Translations under genes and position numbers: made by a program
The notes under the pieces: model-generated
Told to the model about the DNA's origin: nothing
The model's database searches: none
Seen by the model: the letters and a program-made list of their open reading frames with translations, nothing else
Assembly: GCA_031409335.1 (NCBI GenBank)
Contig: JANNWY010000083.1
Location: 94,692-158,691 of the forward strand
DNA length: 64,000 bases
Direction: 5' to 3'
Source: Chthoniobacteraceae bacterium
GTDB taxonomy: Bacteria > Verrucomicrobiota > Verrucomicrobiia > Chthoniobacterales > Chthoniobacteraceae
Part shown: one piece after another, positions 44,793 through 55,255 of the stretch
Layout of the letters: each line of letters opens with the position of its first letter
Position numbering within the stretch: position 1 is the stretch's first letter

Positions 44793-46757
44793 ATGTCCCC
44801 TCGCCTACTCATCGCCGTCGTCCTGTCCATTTCAGGCTCACTCCACGCCGCCGAAATCAAACGCATCCCACCGCCGGGCATTGCAGTCCCCGACGCGGAT
44901 CGGGCGGAATTGCAAATGGGCATCGACGCACTCGCGAAAGAAATCGCCGCGCTGCGGAAAGATCACGCGGCGGAAATCGCCGACGTGGAAATCTTCCACA
45001 AGTCCGCCGACTGGGCGCTGCGGTACGATGAGTTTTTTAACGAGAAACAAATCCCCGTCGCGAAAGCGCATCTCGCGATCGGGATGCAACGGGCAAAGGA
45101 ACTGCGCGACGGCAAGCCTTCGTGGAACGCGGCAAACGGGCTCGTGGTGCGCGGATACACTTCGGCGATCGATGGCTCGGTGCAGCCGTACGGGCTGGTG
45201 ATTCCCGATGGCTGGAAAGCGGATGACGGCAAGGCGCGCCGACTCGATTTCTGGCTGCATGGACGTGGCGAACAACTCAGCGAACTAGCGTTCATAGAAG
45301 ATCGCCTGAAGAACAAAGGGGAGTTCACTCCCGAGGGTGCGATCGTCTGCCATCTCTACGGGCGCTATTGCAACGCGAATAAATTTGCAGGCGAACGCGA
45401 TCTTTTCGAGGCGCTCGACGACATCCGAAAGCACTACAAAATCGACGAGCAACGCCTCGTCGTGCGCGGCTTCTCGATGGGCGGCGCGGCGTGCTGGCAA
45501 TTCGCGACGCACTATCCGGGCATGTGGGCCGCCGCCGCACCCGGTGCGGGTTTCGCGGAGACGGCGGAGTTTTTCAAAGTCTTCGCGCCCGGCAAGACCC
45601 CGCCGCCGTGGTGGGAGCAAGTGCTCTGGCGCTGGTACGACAGCACCACGATGGCCGCAAACCTCGCCAACGTTCCAACGGTCGCCTACTCCGGCGAGAT
45701 CGACGGGCAGAAGCAGGCCGCCGACATCATGGTGAAATATGCGAAGCAGGAAGGCATCGAATTCCCGCACATCATCGGGGCGAAGATGGGGCACAAGTAT
45801 GATGCGGAATCGAAGGGGAAGATTGAGGAGTTCGTGACGGTCGCAGCAAATGCGCAGTCTGCGCATCCATCGAGAAAAGTCCGCTTGGTGACCTATTCAC
45901 TCATCTACCCAACTTGTGATTGGGTCACGATCGTGGGGATGGAGCACGAATGGGAGCAGGCAAGCGTGGATGCGGAATGGAACGCGGATGGCACCGTTAA
46001 AATCAGCACAAAGAACGTCCAAAGCCTTTCACTCTCCGTTGCCATCACGCGCCTTCGCGACTTTCGGAATGAGGTGACGATTGATGGGGATGTTGCCCGA
46101 GTGCCAGCGGCAAATGAGTTCACTTACGTGAAACACAAAGGAAAGTGGTGGGTGAAAGGCAAACTTGGCGAAACGTCTGCGACCGTCGGCCTTCAAAAAC
46201 GCCCCGGCTTCTGTGGTCCGATTGACCACGCCTTCATGTCGTCGTTCCTTTTCGTCCAACCGACTGGCAAGCCGCTGAATGATGCCGTCGGCGCTTGGGC
46301 GAAGTCGGAGATGGATCACGCCAACGAATTCTGGCGGCGTGTGTTTCGTGGCGATGCTCCGACTATTGCCGACAGCGCGCTTTCCGAGGCGCAGATAAGC
46401 GACGCCAATCTCGTTTTGTGGGGCGATCCCTCGAGCAATGCGGTGCTCAAGAAAATCATCGAAAAACTCCCGATCAAGTGGACCAAGGACACCCTCGAAT
46501 TCAACGGAGTGAAATACGACGCGGCGCATCACGCGCCGATCCTCATCTTCCCGAATCCGCTTAATCCGCAGAAATACATCGTCCTCAATTCCGGCCCGAC
46601 TTTTCGCGAAGAGGCGCTGCTGAATAACTCCGATCAGACGCCGAAGCTGCCCGATTGGGCGATCGTGAATCTCGCCACGCCGCCGGATGGGAAGTGGCCG
46701 GGGCAGATCATCGACGCCGGGTTTTTCGATGAGCAGTGGGCGCTGCCGAAGAAGTGA
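44793..46757 (+). CDS. Exported alpha/beta serine hydrolase (S9/esterase-like), paralog 1
   Basis: Signal peptide, IDGSVQPYG, WLHGR, nucleophile elbow GFSMGG, GEID, GHKY. Confidence 0.85.
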   Translation: MSPRLLIAVVLSISGSLHAAEIKRIPPPGIAVPDADRAELQMGIDALAKEIAALRKDHAAEIADVEIFHKSADWALRYDEFFNEKQIPVAKAHLAIGMQRAKELRDGKPSWNAANGLVVRGYTSAIDGSVQPYGLVIPDGWKADDGKARRLDFWLHGRGEQLSELAFIEDRLKNKGEFTPEGAIVCHLYGRYCNANKFAGERDLFEALDDIRKHYKIDEQRLVVRGFSMGGAACWQFATHYPGMWAAAAPGAGFAETAEFFKVFAPGKTPPPWWEQVLWRWYDSTTMAANLANVPTVAYSGEIDGQKQAADIMVKYAKQEGIEFPHIIGAKMGHKYDAESKGKIEEFVTVAANAQSAHPSRKVRLVTYSLIYPTCDWVTIVGMEHEWEQASVDAEWNADGTVKISTKNVQSLSLSVAITRLRDFRNEVTIDGDVARVPAANEFTYVKHKGKWWVKGKLGETSATVGLQKRPGFCGPIDHAFMSSFLFVQPTGKPLNDAVGAWAKSEMDHANEFWRRVFRGDAPTIADSALSEAQISDANLVLWGDPSSNAVLKKIIEKLPIKWTKDTLEFNGVKYDAAHHAPILIFPNPLNPQKYIVLNSGPTFREEALLNNSDQTPKLPDWAIVNLATPPDGKWPGQIIDAGFFDEQWALPKK

Positions 46758-46773
46758 GCGCGATGGCTTCTGA

Positions 46774-46876
46774 CGCCGAAGGCTCTGGGACTGCGGCGAT
46801 TCCTTCGCAGCTTTTCGCGCGTCGGACGCGCATCCCAGAGCGGCGAAGGAATCGCCGCAGTCCAGGGCCTTCGGCG
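46774..46876. repeat. GGACTGCGG-type palindromic REP element, copy 1
   Basis: CGCCGAAGGCTCTGGGACTGCGGCGATTCCTTCGC...GCGAAGGAATCGCCGCAGTCCAGGGCCTTCGGCG. Confidence 0.88.
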
Positions 46877-46902
46877 ATGAGCAGCGCGGGATTACTTTTT
46901 CT

Positions 46903-47745
46903 ATGAAAGTCGGCACCGAAATCCGCGTCCTCGTCTGGGATGAACGCCAGCCGGAACAGGCGCAGGCTTACGAAACTTTCCTCGGAAACGCCATCGCCGC
47001 GCAGCTCGCGAAGCAGCCGGATTTCACCGTGAAAAGTGCCGGGCTGGATGAACCGGAACAGGGACTCGCGGCGGCGACGCTGGATGCGACGGATGTGCTG
47101 ATCTGGTGGGGGCATCGGCGGCATCCCGATGTAAATCACGAGACGATCCGAGGCATCGTCGAGCGCATCACGGCGGGCAAACTTTCACTCATCGCGCTGC
47201 ACTCGGCGCATTGGTCGCAGCCATTCATGGAGGCGATGAATGCGCGCGCGATCGACGATGCTATGAAGACTTTTCCTGAAGCAGAACGCGCGGGCGTGAA
47301 GCTGAATCTCATTCGCCCGAAACCATTCACCTTGCCAAAACACGACGACCCGCCGACGCCCGCGCTTTCCAAAATCGGCGATCGCGAATGGCAACTCGCG
47401 CTGCCGGGCTGCGCCTTTCCAGCGTTCCGAAACGTCGCGGGACCGAGCCGCGTGCGCACGCTGCTGCCCGAGCATCCGATCGCGCGCGGCGTGCCCATCG
47501 AGTGGGGAATGCCGGAGACGGAGATGTATTCCGAGCCCTTCCATATCCCGACCCCGGACGCTGTGATCTTTGAGGAAACGTGGGAAACGGGTGAGCACTT
47601 CCGCACCGGGTGCGTTTGGAGCGTGGGAAAAGGGCGCGTGTTTTACTTCGGACCGGGCCACGAGACTTACTCGATTTTTCGCCAGGAAATCCCGATGCGA
47701 ATCGTCGAAAACGCCGCGCGCTGGCTTGGCACACCTGCCAAATAA
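46903..47745 (+). CDS. thuA: ThuA-family (trehalose utilization, GATase1-like) protein
   Basis: VLVWDE, LDEPEQGL, DVLIWWGH, LHSAHWS, EMYSEPFHIPTPD, FYFGPGHETY. Confidence 0.85.
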   Translation: MKVGTEIRVLVWDERQPEQAQAYETFLGNAIAAQLAKQPDFTVKSAGLDEPEQGLAAATLDATDVLIWWGHRRHPDVNHETIRGIVERITAGKLSLIALHSAHWSQPFMEAMNARAIDDAMKTFPEAERAGVKLNLIRPKPFTLPKHDDPPTPALSKIGDREWQLALPGCAFPAFRNVAGPSRVRTLLPEHPIARGVPIEWGMPETEMYSEPFHIPTPDAVIFEETWETGEHFRTGCVWSVGKGRVFYFGPGHETYSIFRQEIPMRIVENAARWLGTPAK

Positions 47746-49737
47746 ATGCTCCGCCGTTTCCTCCTCACCACGCTGCTCGCCGCGACCGCCCACGCGCAGA
47801 CTCCGCCCGCGACGAAACAAACACCGCCGCCCGGGATCGAAGTCCCAGAGCCGGATCGCGCGGAACTCGCCGCCGGCATCGCGTCGCTCGGGAAAGAGAT
47901 CGAGTCGCTGCGGACCGCGCTGAAAACGAAACCCGCGCTGCTCGCGCTGCTGCCGGATGTGCAGGTGTTTCACAACGCTGTCCGCTACGCGCTCGACTAC
48001 CATGAATTCTTCGACGCCAAGCAGATTCCGATCGCGAAAAACCTGCTCGCGCTTGGAAAGCTGCGCGCCCAGGAGCTAGTCCTTGGCACATCATCGTGGA
48101 CAAGCGCGACTGGGCCAGTCGTGCGCGGATACGTTTCCAAAATCGACGGCTCGGTGCAGCCATACGGCGTGAATGTGCCAACGAATTGGAAGCCGACGGA
48201 CAAGACGCCGCGACCGCTTTCGTTCTGGCTGCATGGGCGGAATGACAAACTTTCCGAACTCGCGTTTGTGAATGGCGAACTCAAGGCCAAGCCAGAGTTC
48301 ACGCCAGGCGGCGGATTCGTGGTTCAGCTCTACGGACGCTTTTGCAACGCGAACAAATTCGCTGGCGAGGCGGATCTTTTCGAGGCTTGGGAAGACGTGC
48401 GGCGGCGGTATCCCGTCGATGCCGAGCGCGTGAGCGCGCTTGGCTTTTCGATGGGTGGCGCGGCGGCTTGGCATTTTTCGACGCATCACGCGGGGCTTTG
48501 GGCAGCGACTTCGGCGGGCGCGGGATTCGCGGAGACGTCGGTTTACGCGAAGGTTTTTGCCGCAGGCAAAGAGCCGCCGCCGTGGTGGGAGCAGGTGCTG
48601 TGGCGCTGCTACGATGCGACGGCTTACGCGGGGAATTTGGCGAATACTGCGATGATCGGATACAGCGGGGAACTCGATCCGCAGAAGCAATCGGCGGACA
48701 TCATGGAGACGGCGATGGCTGGCGAAGGCTTGAAGCTGGAGCGCTACATCGGCCCGAACACGGCGCACAAGTATGAGCCGGAAACGAAGAAACAAATCGC
48801 CGCGCGGCTGGATGAATTGATCGCGAAAGGGCGCGAGCCGATGCCGCCGAAAGTGCGCTTCACGACCTACACGCTGCGTTACAACAAGATGGAGTGGATC
48901 GAAATTGACGCGCTGGAAAAGCATTGGGAACGCGCGGATGTGGCAGCGGAATTGGTCGATGAAGGCACGTTTCGCGTGACGACAAAAAACGTGGCTGCGT
49001 TCACCATCGCGCTGCCCGCCGGGCCTGCGCCGCTGGATAAGACGCGACCACCGCGGCTGGTGATCGACGGGACGGAGCTGGTCGGACCCACGGTGAAGGA
49101 ACAGTGGACGGCGAAGTTCTGCAAACTCGGTGGAAAATGGCAGGGATTACCACCCGATTTCGGCACTGGCGTTCACAAAAAACACGGCCTCCAAGGCCCG
49201 ATTGACGATGCGTTTATGGGTTCGTTCATCCTCGTGCGACCGAACGGGAAACCGCTCAACGACAAGATCGGCGCGTGGGCGAAGGGCGAGCTGGACCGCG
49301 CGATCGTGGAATGGCGGCGCGTGTTTCGCGGCGAGGCGCGGGTGAAAAGCGACACGGCGATCACGGCGGAAGACATCGCGAACTCGAACCTCGTGCTGTG
49401 GGGCGATCCTTCCAGCAACTCAGTTCTCGCGAAGGTTCTCCCGAAGCTGCCGATCACTTGGGATGCGAAGAAACTGATCGTCGGCAAACTCGAAACCAGC
49501 GCCGCCGATCACGCCCCGATCCTTATTTTCCCAAACCCACTCAACTCGGATCGATACGTCGTCCTCAACAGCAGCTTCACCTTCCGCGAAGGCAGTAACA
49601 CGACGAACTCGCAACAAACGCCCAAGCTGCCGGATTGGGCCGTGATTGATCTCAAAACTCCTCCGAGCGCGAAGTGGCCGGGGCTGGTCGTGGATGCGGG
49701 ATTTTTCGATGAGCAGTGGAGACTGCCGAAACCTTAA
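47746..49737 (+). CDS. Exported alpha/beta serine hydrolase, paralog 2
   Basis: Colinear with 44793-46757: IDGSVQPYG, WLHGR, YGRFCNANKFAGE, GFSMGG, PPWWEQVLWR, QTPKLPDWA, GFFDEQW. Confidence 0.85.
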   Translation: MLRRFLLTTLLAATAHAQTPPATKQTPPPGIEVPEPDRAELAAGIASLGKEIESLRTALKTKPALLALLPDVQVFHNAVRYALDYHEFFDAKQIPIAKNLLALGKLRAQELVLGTSSWTSATGPVVRGYVSKIDGSVQPYGVNVPTNWKPTDKTPRPLSFWLHGRNDKLSELAFVNGELKAKPEFTPGGGFVVQLYGRFCNANKFAGEADLFEAWEDVRRRYPVDAERVSALGFSMGGAAAWHFSTHHAGLWAATSAGAGFAETSVYAKVFAAGKEPPPWWEQVLWRCYDATAYAGNLANTAMIGYSGELDPQKQSADIMETAMAGEGLKLERYIGPNTAHKYEPETKKQIAARLDELIAKGREPMPPKVRFTTYTLRYNKMEWIEIDALEKHWERADVAAELVDEGTFRVTTKNVAAFTIALPAGPAPLDKTRPPRLVIDGTELVGPTVKEQWTAKFCKLGGKWQGLPPDFGTGVHKKHGLQGPIDDAFMGSFILVRPNGKPLNDKIGAWAKGELDRAIVEWRRVFRGEARVKSDTAITAEDIANSNLVLWGDPSSNSVLAKVLPKLPITWDAKKLIVGKLETSAADHAPILIFPNPLNSDRYVVLNSSFTFREGSNTTNSQQTPKLPDWAVIDLKTPPSAKWPGLVVDAGFFDEQWRLPKP

Positions 49738-49840
49738 CGCCGAAGGCTTTTGGACTGCGGTGATTCCTTCACCGCTTTTGCCTGCGCCCGACACATCCGA
49801 GAGCTGTAAAGGAATCACAGCAGTCCCAGAGCCTTCGGCG
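49738..49840. repeat. GGACTGCGG-type palindromic REP element, copy 2
   Basis: CGCCGAAGGCTTTTGGACTGCGGTGATTCCTT...AAGGAATCACAGCAGTCCCAGAGCCTTCGGCG. Confidence 0.88.
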
Positions 49841-49936
49841 ACATCCCGCGTACTTTTCTTTTTGTGAGGACGCTCCAGCCACAAACGCGGGTGTTACTTT
49901 CCCCAATAATCTGTTTAGTAGGAGGTCCTTCAACTC

Positions 49937-50941
49937 ATGCACCGAATTCTTATTCCCGTCCTCGCCTTGTCGCTGTTGCACGCGAACGTCCGCGCTCACG
50001 AAGCCGGAATCGAAATGGCCGCCGCTGCGAACAATTTTCTCGCCGCACTTTCCCCAGATGAAAAGGCAAAGGCAGTGTTTGATTTTGTGAATCCAGAACG
50101 GGTGAACTGGCATTTCATTCCGCGCGAACGGAAAGGTTTTTCCATCAAGGAAATGTCGCAGGAGCAGCGGTTGCTCGCGCAGGCACTGCTGGCTTCGGGG
50201 CTGAGTCATCGCGGTTACAGCAAGGCGGTTTCGATCATGAGCCTGGAGGCGGTGCTGGCTTCGATGGAGAAGGGCTCGGGCGCGGTGCGCGATCCCGAGC
50301 GTTATTATGTTTCGATCTTCGGCGTGCCGGGGAAAGGCTCGTGGGGCTGGCGCGTGGAAGGGCATCATCTCTCGCTGAATTTCACGGCAGCGGAAAACGC
50401 GGTGCCGGCGATGACACCTTCCTTCTTCGGCACGAATCCGGGCGAAGTCCGTGTCGGCAATCGCGCTGGCACGCGCGTGCTCGGGAAAGAGGAAGACCTC
50501 GGACGTGCGCTGGTGAAATCGCTGAGCGAAGATCAGCGAAAGGAAGCGCTAATCCTCGTCGAGGCGCCGAAGGAAATCTTCAACGACCCGAAGCGCGTCG
50601 ATCCGACGAAACCGGAGGGTATTCCGCAGAACAAACTGGACGACGCGCAGAAGGTCGCGCTCGTGAAGTTGATCAGGGAATATCTGTTCCGCTGCCGCCC
50701 GGATGTTGCCGCGGAAGATCTCGCGCGCCTGGAAAAAGCGGGGCTGGAAAAGATCCACTTCGCATGGGCGGGCGGGCTCGAACCTGGCCAGCCGCACTAC
50801 TACCGCGTGCAGGGTGGGAACTTCGTCCTCGAATACGACAACACGCAAAACGACGCGAATCACGTTCACAGTCTGTGGCGGGATTTCGATCGCGACTTTA
50901 ACAATGATGCGTTGAAAGCGCATGTGGACGGTGATCATTGA
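49937..50941 (+). CDS. DUF3500 family exported protein
   Basis: WHFIP..RKG, RDPERYY..IFG.P, WGWRVEGHHLSLNF, YYRVQG...EYDNTQNDANHVHSLWRD. Confidence 0.88.
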   Translation: MHRILIPVLALSLLHANVRAHEAGIEMAAAANNFLAALSPDEKAKAVFDFVNPERVNWHFIPRERKGFSIKEMSQEQRLLAQALLASGLSHRGYSKAVSIMSLEAVLASMEKGSGAVRDPERYYVSIFGVPGKGSWGWRVEGHHLSLNFTAAENAVPAMTPSFFGTNPGEVRVGNRAGTRVLGKEEDLGRALVKSLSEDQRKEALILVEAPKEIFNDPKRVDPTKPEGIPQNKLDDAQKVALVKLIREYLFRCRPDVAAEDLARLEKAGLEKIHFAWAGGLEPGQPHYYRVQGGNFVLEYDNTQNDANHVHSLWRDFDRDFNNDALKAHVDGDH

Positions 50942-50949
50942 TCTCCCCG

Positions 50950-51028
50950 TCCTGATCCTGATCGTGATCTTAATCCTGATCCTCCGAGTTCCCGGATCAA
51001 GATCAGGAGCAGGAGCACGATCAAGAGC
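50950..51028. repeat. Hexamer (TCCTGA)n/(TCAGGA)n inverted simple repeat
   Basis: tcctgatcctgatcgtgatcttaatcctgatcc...ggatcaagatcaggagcaggagcacgatcaagag. Confidence 0.8.
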
Positions 51029-51052
51029 TGGAATTCTGAATCTCCCTTTTCG

Positions 51053-53368
51053 ATGAAAACACTTCCACTTTTCACGGTGCTCGCCCTCGCGACTCCGATT
51101 CGCGCCGCCGAGCCTGCGCCCGCAAAAGCTGACGAGAAGCCACTTCCCGGCCACTCGCTGATGAGCGAGGCTTTCAATGAAGGGCCGCGCCAGGCGGCAG
51201 TGCTGATGGAGGGAACGGGCAAAGTGCATCTGCCGGTGACGACAAAGAACGAGCTGGCGCAGAAGTTTTTTGATCAAGGGCTCGGGCAGATTCATGGGTT
51301 TTGGTATTTTGAAGCGGAGCGCTCTTTCCGGCAGGTCGCGTCGCTCGATGGCGATTGCGGGATGGCTTTCTGGGGAATGGCGATGGCGAATATCAACAAC
51401 CCGAAGCGGGCGGCGGATTTCATGAAGGAGGCGGTGAAGCGGAAGGACAAGGCCGGGCGGCAGGGCCAGCTCTATATCGGCGCGTGGGCGGATTATTACG
51501 CGGAGACCAAGAAGGATGAACGGGTACGGCGGAAGGCGCTGGTGAAGGCACTGGAGGATTTGATCTACGAGTTTCCCGACGACATTGAGGCGAAGGCGCT
51601 GCTCGTTTTCCAAATGTGGGACAACAAAGGTCACGACGTGCCGCTCACGAGCAGGCTCTCAGCCGATGCGCTGCTCAAGCAGGTGCTCGCGAAAGATCCG
51701 ATGCATCCCGGTGCGCATCACTATTTGATCCATCTCTGGAATGGTGAGGACGGCGACAAACGCGCGATGCTTTCGGCGTCGCGCGGCGGGCAGGCCGCGC
51801 CGGGGATCGCGCATCTGTGGCACATGCCGGGGCACACTTTTTCCAATCTGAAACGCTACGCGGATGCGGCGTGGCAGCAGGAGGCTTCGGCGCGGGTGGA
51901 TCACGCTTACACCATCGCATCTCGGGTGCTGCCGGATCAGATTCACAACTTCGCGCACAACAACAGTTGGCTGATTCAGGATCTGCAATACATCGGGCGC
52001 GTCCACGATGCGGTGGACCTCGCAAAGAACATGATGGAACTGCCGCGGCCCGGCCCGAAGAGCGCCCAGAGCTACCGGCTCGGACGCGAGCGCTTGTTTG
52101 AAACACTGCGGCAATTCGAGCTGTGGGAGGATCTCGCGAAGCTCGAAGGGACGATGTATCTCGCGCCGTGCGAGGATGCGACGGATGAGGCGAATCGCGT
52201 GCGCGCGCTGGGCGTCGCGTGGTTTTCAAACGGCGACGCCGGGCGCGGGCAGGAGCATCTGGAGACGTTGAAATCGCTGCTCGCGAAAGCCCGCGCTGAG
52301 CGCGTGACGGCAGCCGACGCGGCAGAGGCAAAGGCAAAGAAAGAGAAGAAGAGCGAAGACGAAATCGTGAAAGCGATGGGCGCGGCGATGCGCGGATTTG
52401 CGGGGCGCATCTCGGCTTTGGAATCGGGCGTCGCCGACCTGCGGCTCACGCGGGCGCTGGCGGCGGGCGATCTCGATGGCGCGCGCGCGCAGCTCGCGCT
52501 GGCCACCGATTTGTCCGCAGTGCGGCAGTCGCAAATCCAGCTCGCGCTCGGCGACAAGGCGAAGGCGGAAGAACTGGCGCGCGATGCAGTGAAGGGCGAC
52601 GACGCGAAAGTGCTGCCGCTCGCGGCGCTGGCCGAGACGCTTTGGAAGGTCGGCAAGAAAGACGACGCGCTCGCGACATTCAAAAAGCTCCAACCACTCT
52701 CCACACAGCTCGACCTCGATGCGCCGCCATTTGCGCGGCTCGCACCGATCGCGCAGGAGCTAAAGCTCGCCTCGGACTGGCGCGCGGCAAAGTCGGTCGC
52801 GGCGGATGTCGGCGAGCGCCCGGACCTCGCAAAGCTCGGGCCTTTTCGGTGGCATCCCACTGCGGCACCCGGCTGGAGTTTGTCGGATCAAAAAGGCGCG
52901 CAGGTTTCGCTTTCCGATTTCAAGGGCAAGCCAGTCCTGATCGTGTTTTACCTCGGCAGCGGCTGCGCTGGCTGCATGGAACAGTTGAATATTTTCAGCC
53001 CAAAAGTGAAAGCGTTCACCGATGCCGGCGTGCAAGTCATCGCGGTGAGCACCGACTCAGCGGATGGTCTGCAAAAGACCTTCGAGAAAGCGAAGGACGG
53101 CCAGGCATTCGGCTTTCCGATCGTCTCGGATTCCGGGCTTGGCACGTTCAAGGCATATCGCGCTTTCGATGATTTCGAAAAGATCCCGCTGCACGGCACC
53201 TTCCTCGTTGACGGCGCGGGACTCGTGCGGTGGCAGGACATCAGCTACCAGCCATTTCGCGACGCGGACTGGCTGCTTGGCGAAAGCAAGCGGCTGCTCA
53301 GCGTGCCCGTGGCGGCACCGATCGAGGCAACTACCGCTTCGCTTCCGGCTTCATCATCATCGCCCTGA
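51053..53368 (+). CDS. Exported TPR-repeat protein with C-terminal AhpC/TSA redoxin domain
   Basis: QKFFDQGL..IHGFWYFEAERSF, HPGAHHYLIHLW, HLWHMPGH; LSDFKGK, YLGSGCAGC, HGTFLVDG.G.VRW. Confidence 0.82.
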   Translation: MKTLPLFTVLALATPIRAAEPAPAKADEKPLPGHSLMSEAFNEGPRQAAVLMEGTGKVHLPVTTKNELAQKFFDQGLGQIHGFWYFEAERSFRQVASLDGDCGMAFWGMAMANINNPKRAADFMKEAVKRKDKAGRQGQLYIGAWADYYAETKKDERVRRKALVKALEDLIYEFPDDIEAKALLVFQMWDNKGHDVPLTSRLSADALLKQVLAKDPMHPGAHHYLIHLWNGEDGDKRAMLSASRGGQAAPGIAHLWHMPGHTFSNLKRYADAAWQQEASARVDHAYTIASRVLPDQIHNFAHNNSWLIQDLQYIGRVHDAVDLAKNMMELPRPGPKSAQSYRLGRERLFETLRQFELWEDLAKLEGTMYLAPCEDATDEANRVRALGVAWFSNGDAGRGQEHLETLKSLLAKARAERVTAADAAEAKAKKEKKSEDEIVKAMGAAMRGFAGRISALESGVADLRLTRALAAGDLDGARAQLALATDLSAVRQSQIQLALGDKAKAEELARDAVKGDDAKVLPLAALAETLWKVGKKDDALATFKKLQPLSTQLDLDAPPFARLAPIAQELKLASDWRAAKSVAADVGERPDLAKLGPFRWHPTAAPGWSLSDQKGAQVSLSDFKGKPVLIVFYLGSGCAGCMEQLNIFSPKVKAFTDAGVQVIAVSTDSADGLQKTFEKAKDGQAFGFPIVSDSGLGTFKAYRAFDDFEKIPLHGTFLVDGAGLVRWQDISYQPFRDADWLLGESKRLLSVPVAAPIEATTASLPASSSSP

Positions 53369-53562
53369 ATTGCTCTGGCGTTTCTGCCAAGACGATTCCT
53401 ATTTGCCGCTGGAGCGGGAAGCCGCGGCTGAATACATTCAGTGGCACGACTCGGTTGGCTCTGATTCAATTGCGAAATTCGGTGTTCTCGCGAAATCCCC
53501 TTGTTTCAGCCAAAAGCTGTGACAAAATCGACATTCTACTTTAATCCTATAGACAATCGGTT

Positions 53563-54300
53563 TTGGCTCTAAACACTCATGAAATTAGCGCGGAAGAAAT
53601 CCACGACGTGGCGGAACGCTTTGAAAAAACGCCGCTGACGGATGTGCTGCGTTGGGCGTGGGATCGTTTTGGCGCTCGAGCGGCGATTGGCACCAGCTTT
53701 CAGGGATCTGGAATTGTGATGATCGACCATGCCGTTCAGGCTGAGATACCTCTGCCTGTTTTTACGCTGGATACACAGTTGCTTTTCCCGGAGACCTACG
53801 AACTGAAACAGCGACTCGAAGCGCGCTTCGGAATCAAGATTGAGGCTGTGGTTCCCGATCAAACGCCTGAACAGCAGGCCACCGAATTCGGACCCGAGCT
53901 GTGGAAAAAACGTCCCGATTTCTGCTGCACATTGCGAAAAGTGGAGCCTCTCAAAAGGAAATTCGAGCAACTCGCGGTCTGGATGACTGGGCTGCGGCGT
54001 CAGCAAAGTGACACGAGGGAGAAGACGAAAATCCTCGAACTTTACCACTTCGATGTGCTCCGCGACCGCTACATTTTGAAGATGAATCCGATGGCAAACT
54101 GGTCGCGCGAAGCGGTCTGGGAGCACATCAAAAAGCGCAACATCCCCTACAACGCCCTGCACGACCGCGGCTATCGCTCGATCGGCTGCCGGCCTTGCAC
54201 CCGCCCGACCGACGCCGGAGAGAACGAACGCGCAGGCCGCTGGACTGGCTTCGACAAGAGCGAGTGCGGCATTCATACGTTTCTTGGCGACTCAATTTAG
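53563..54300 (+). CDS. cysH: APS/PAPS reductase (CC + CxxC, 4Fe-4S type)
   Basis: TTG start; TSFQ, LDT..LFPETY, FCCTLRKVEPL, TGLRRQQS, GYRSIGCRPCT, RAGRW, ECGIH. Confidence 0.93.
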   Translation: MALNTHEISAEEIHDVAERFEKTPLTDVLRWAWDRFGARAAIGTSFQGSGIVMIDHAVQAEIPLPVFTLDTQLLFPETYELKQRLEARFGIKIEAVVPDQTPEQQATEFGPELWKKRPDFCCTLRKVEPLKRKFEQLAVWMTGLRRQQSDTREKTKILELYHFDVLRDRYILKMNPMANWSREAVWEHIKKRNIPYNALHDRGYRSIGCRPCTRPTDAGENERAGRWTGFDKSECGIHTFLGDSI

Positions 54301-54313
54301 AACCAACTCTCGA

Positions 54314-55255
54314 ATGGATCACACCGCACATCCCGCCTATCAAAAGCTCTACCCTCCGCCCGCCGCTGACGAGCCCGCCACCTTTTTCCCCGAGAAGATT
54401 TCCCGCGCCGACTCGGCGCATCTCGATGTGCTCGAAGCGCAAAGTATTTTCCTGATTCGCGAGGCTTATCATCACTTCAAAAACATCTGCATGCCGTGGA
54501 GCATGGGGAAGGATTCCAACGTGCTGATCTGGCTCTCGAAGAAGGCGTTCGCGGGGCACATCCCGTATCCGCTGCTGCACATCGATACGACTTACGAATT
54601 TCCCGAGATGATCGAGTATCGCGATTGGGCAGTGCAGCACTACGGGCTGAATTTGATCGTGAAAATCAACGAGGACGCGCGGGCCGGGCGCGGGGAGTAT
54701 GCGAAAACGGGGCCGATCGGCTACGACACGACCGATCCGGTGACGGTCACGCATGAATTGAAAACCGCCGCGCTTCAGCAGGTGATGGCCGAGCACAAAT
54801 GGGATGCGCTCATCACCGGCATCCGTCGCGATGAAGACCCGACGCGGGCGAAGGAGCGATATTTTTCCCCGCGCACGAAGGATTTCGAGTGGGATTACAA
54901 GGACCAGCCGCCGGAGTTTTGGAATCAATTCACGACGAGTTGCGCGCCCGCCGAACACGTCCGCGTGCAGGCGTTGCTCGATTGGACGGAGCGCGACGTG
55001 TGGCTCTACATCCAGCGCGAAGGCATCCCGATTCCGAAAATGTATTTCGCCCGCAAGGCCGGGGACGGAAAACGCTACCGCTTCCGCAGCCTAGGCTGCT
55101 GGCCGATCTCCGGCCCAGTCGAGAGCGACGCGGACACGATCGACGGCATCATCGACGAACTCGCCACCACCAAAACCAGCGAACGCGCCGGTCGCGCGCA
55201 GGATCACCACGAGCGGAATGCGATGCAGAAACTTCGCGCGAAAGGATTCATGTAA
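54314..55255 (+). CDS. cysD: Sulfate adenylyltransferase subunit 2
   Basis: [44 protein letters not shown]. Confidence 0.94.
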   Translation: MDHTAHPAYQKLYPPPAADEPATFFPEKISRADSAHLDVLEAQSIFLIREAYHHFKNICMPWSMGKDSNVLIWLSKKAFAGHIPYPLLHIDTTYEFPEMIEYRDWAVQHYGLNLIVKINEDARAGRGEYAKTGPIGYDTTDPVTVTHELKTAALQQVMAEHKWDALITGIRRDEDPTRAKERYFSPRTKDFEWDYKDQPPEFWNQFTTSCAPAEHVRVQALLDWTERDVWLYIQREGIPIPKMYFARKAGDGKRYRFRSLGCWPISGPVESDADTIDGIIDELATTKTSERAGRAQDHHERNAMQKLRAKGFM

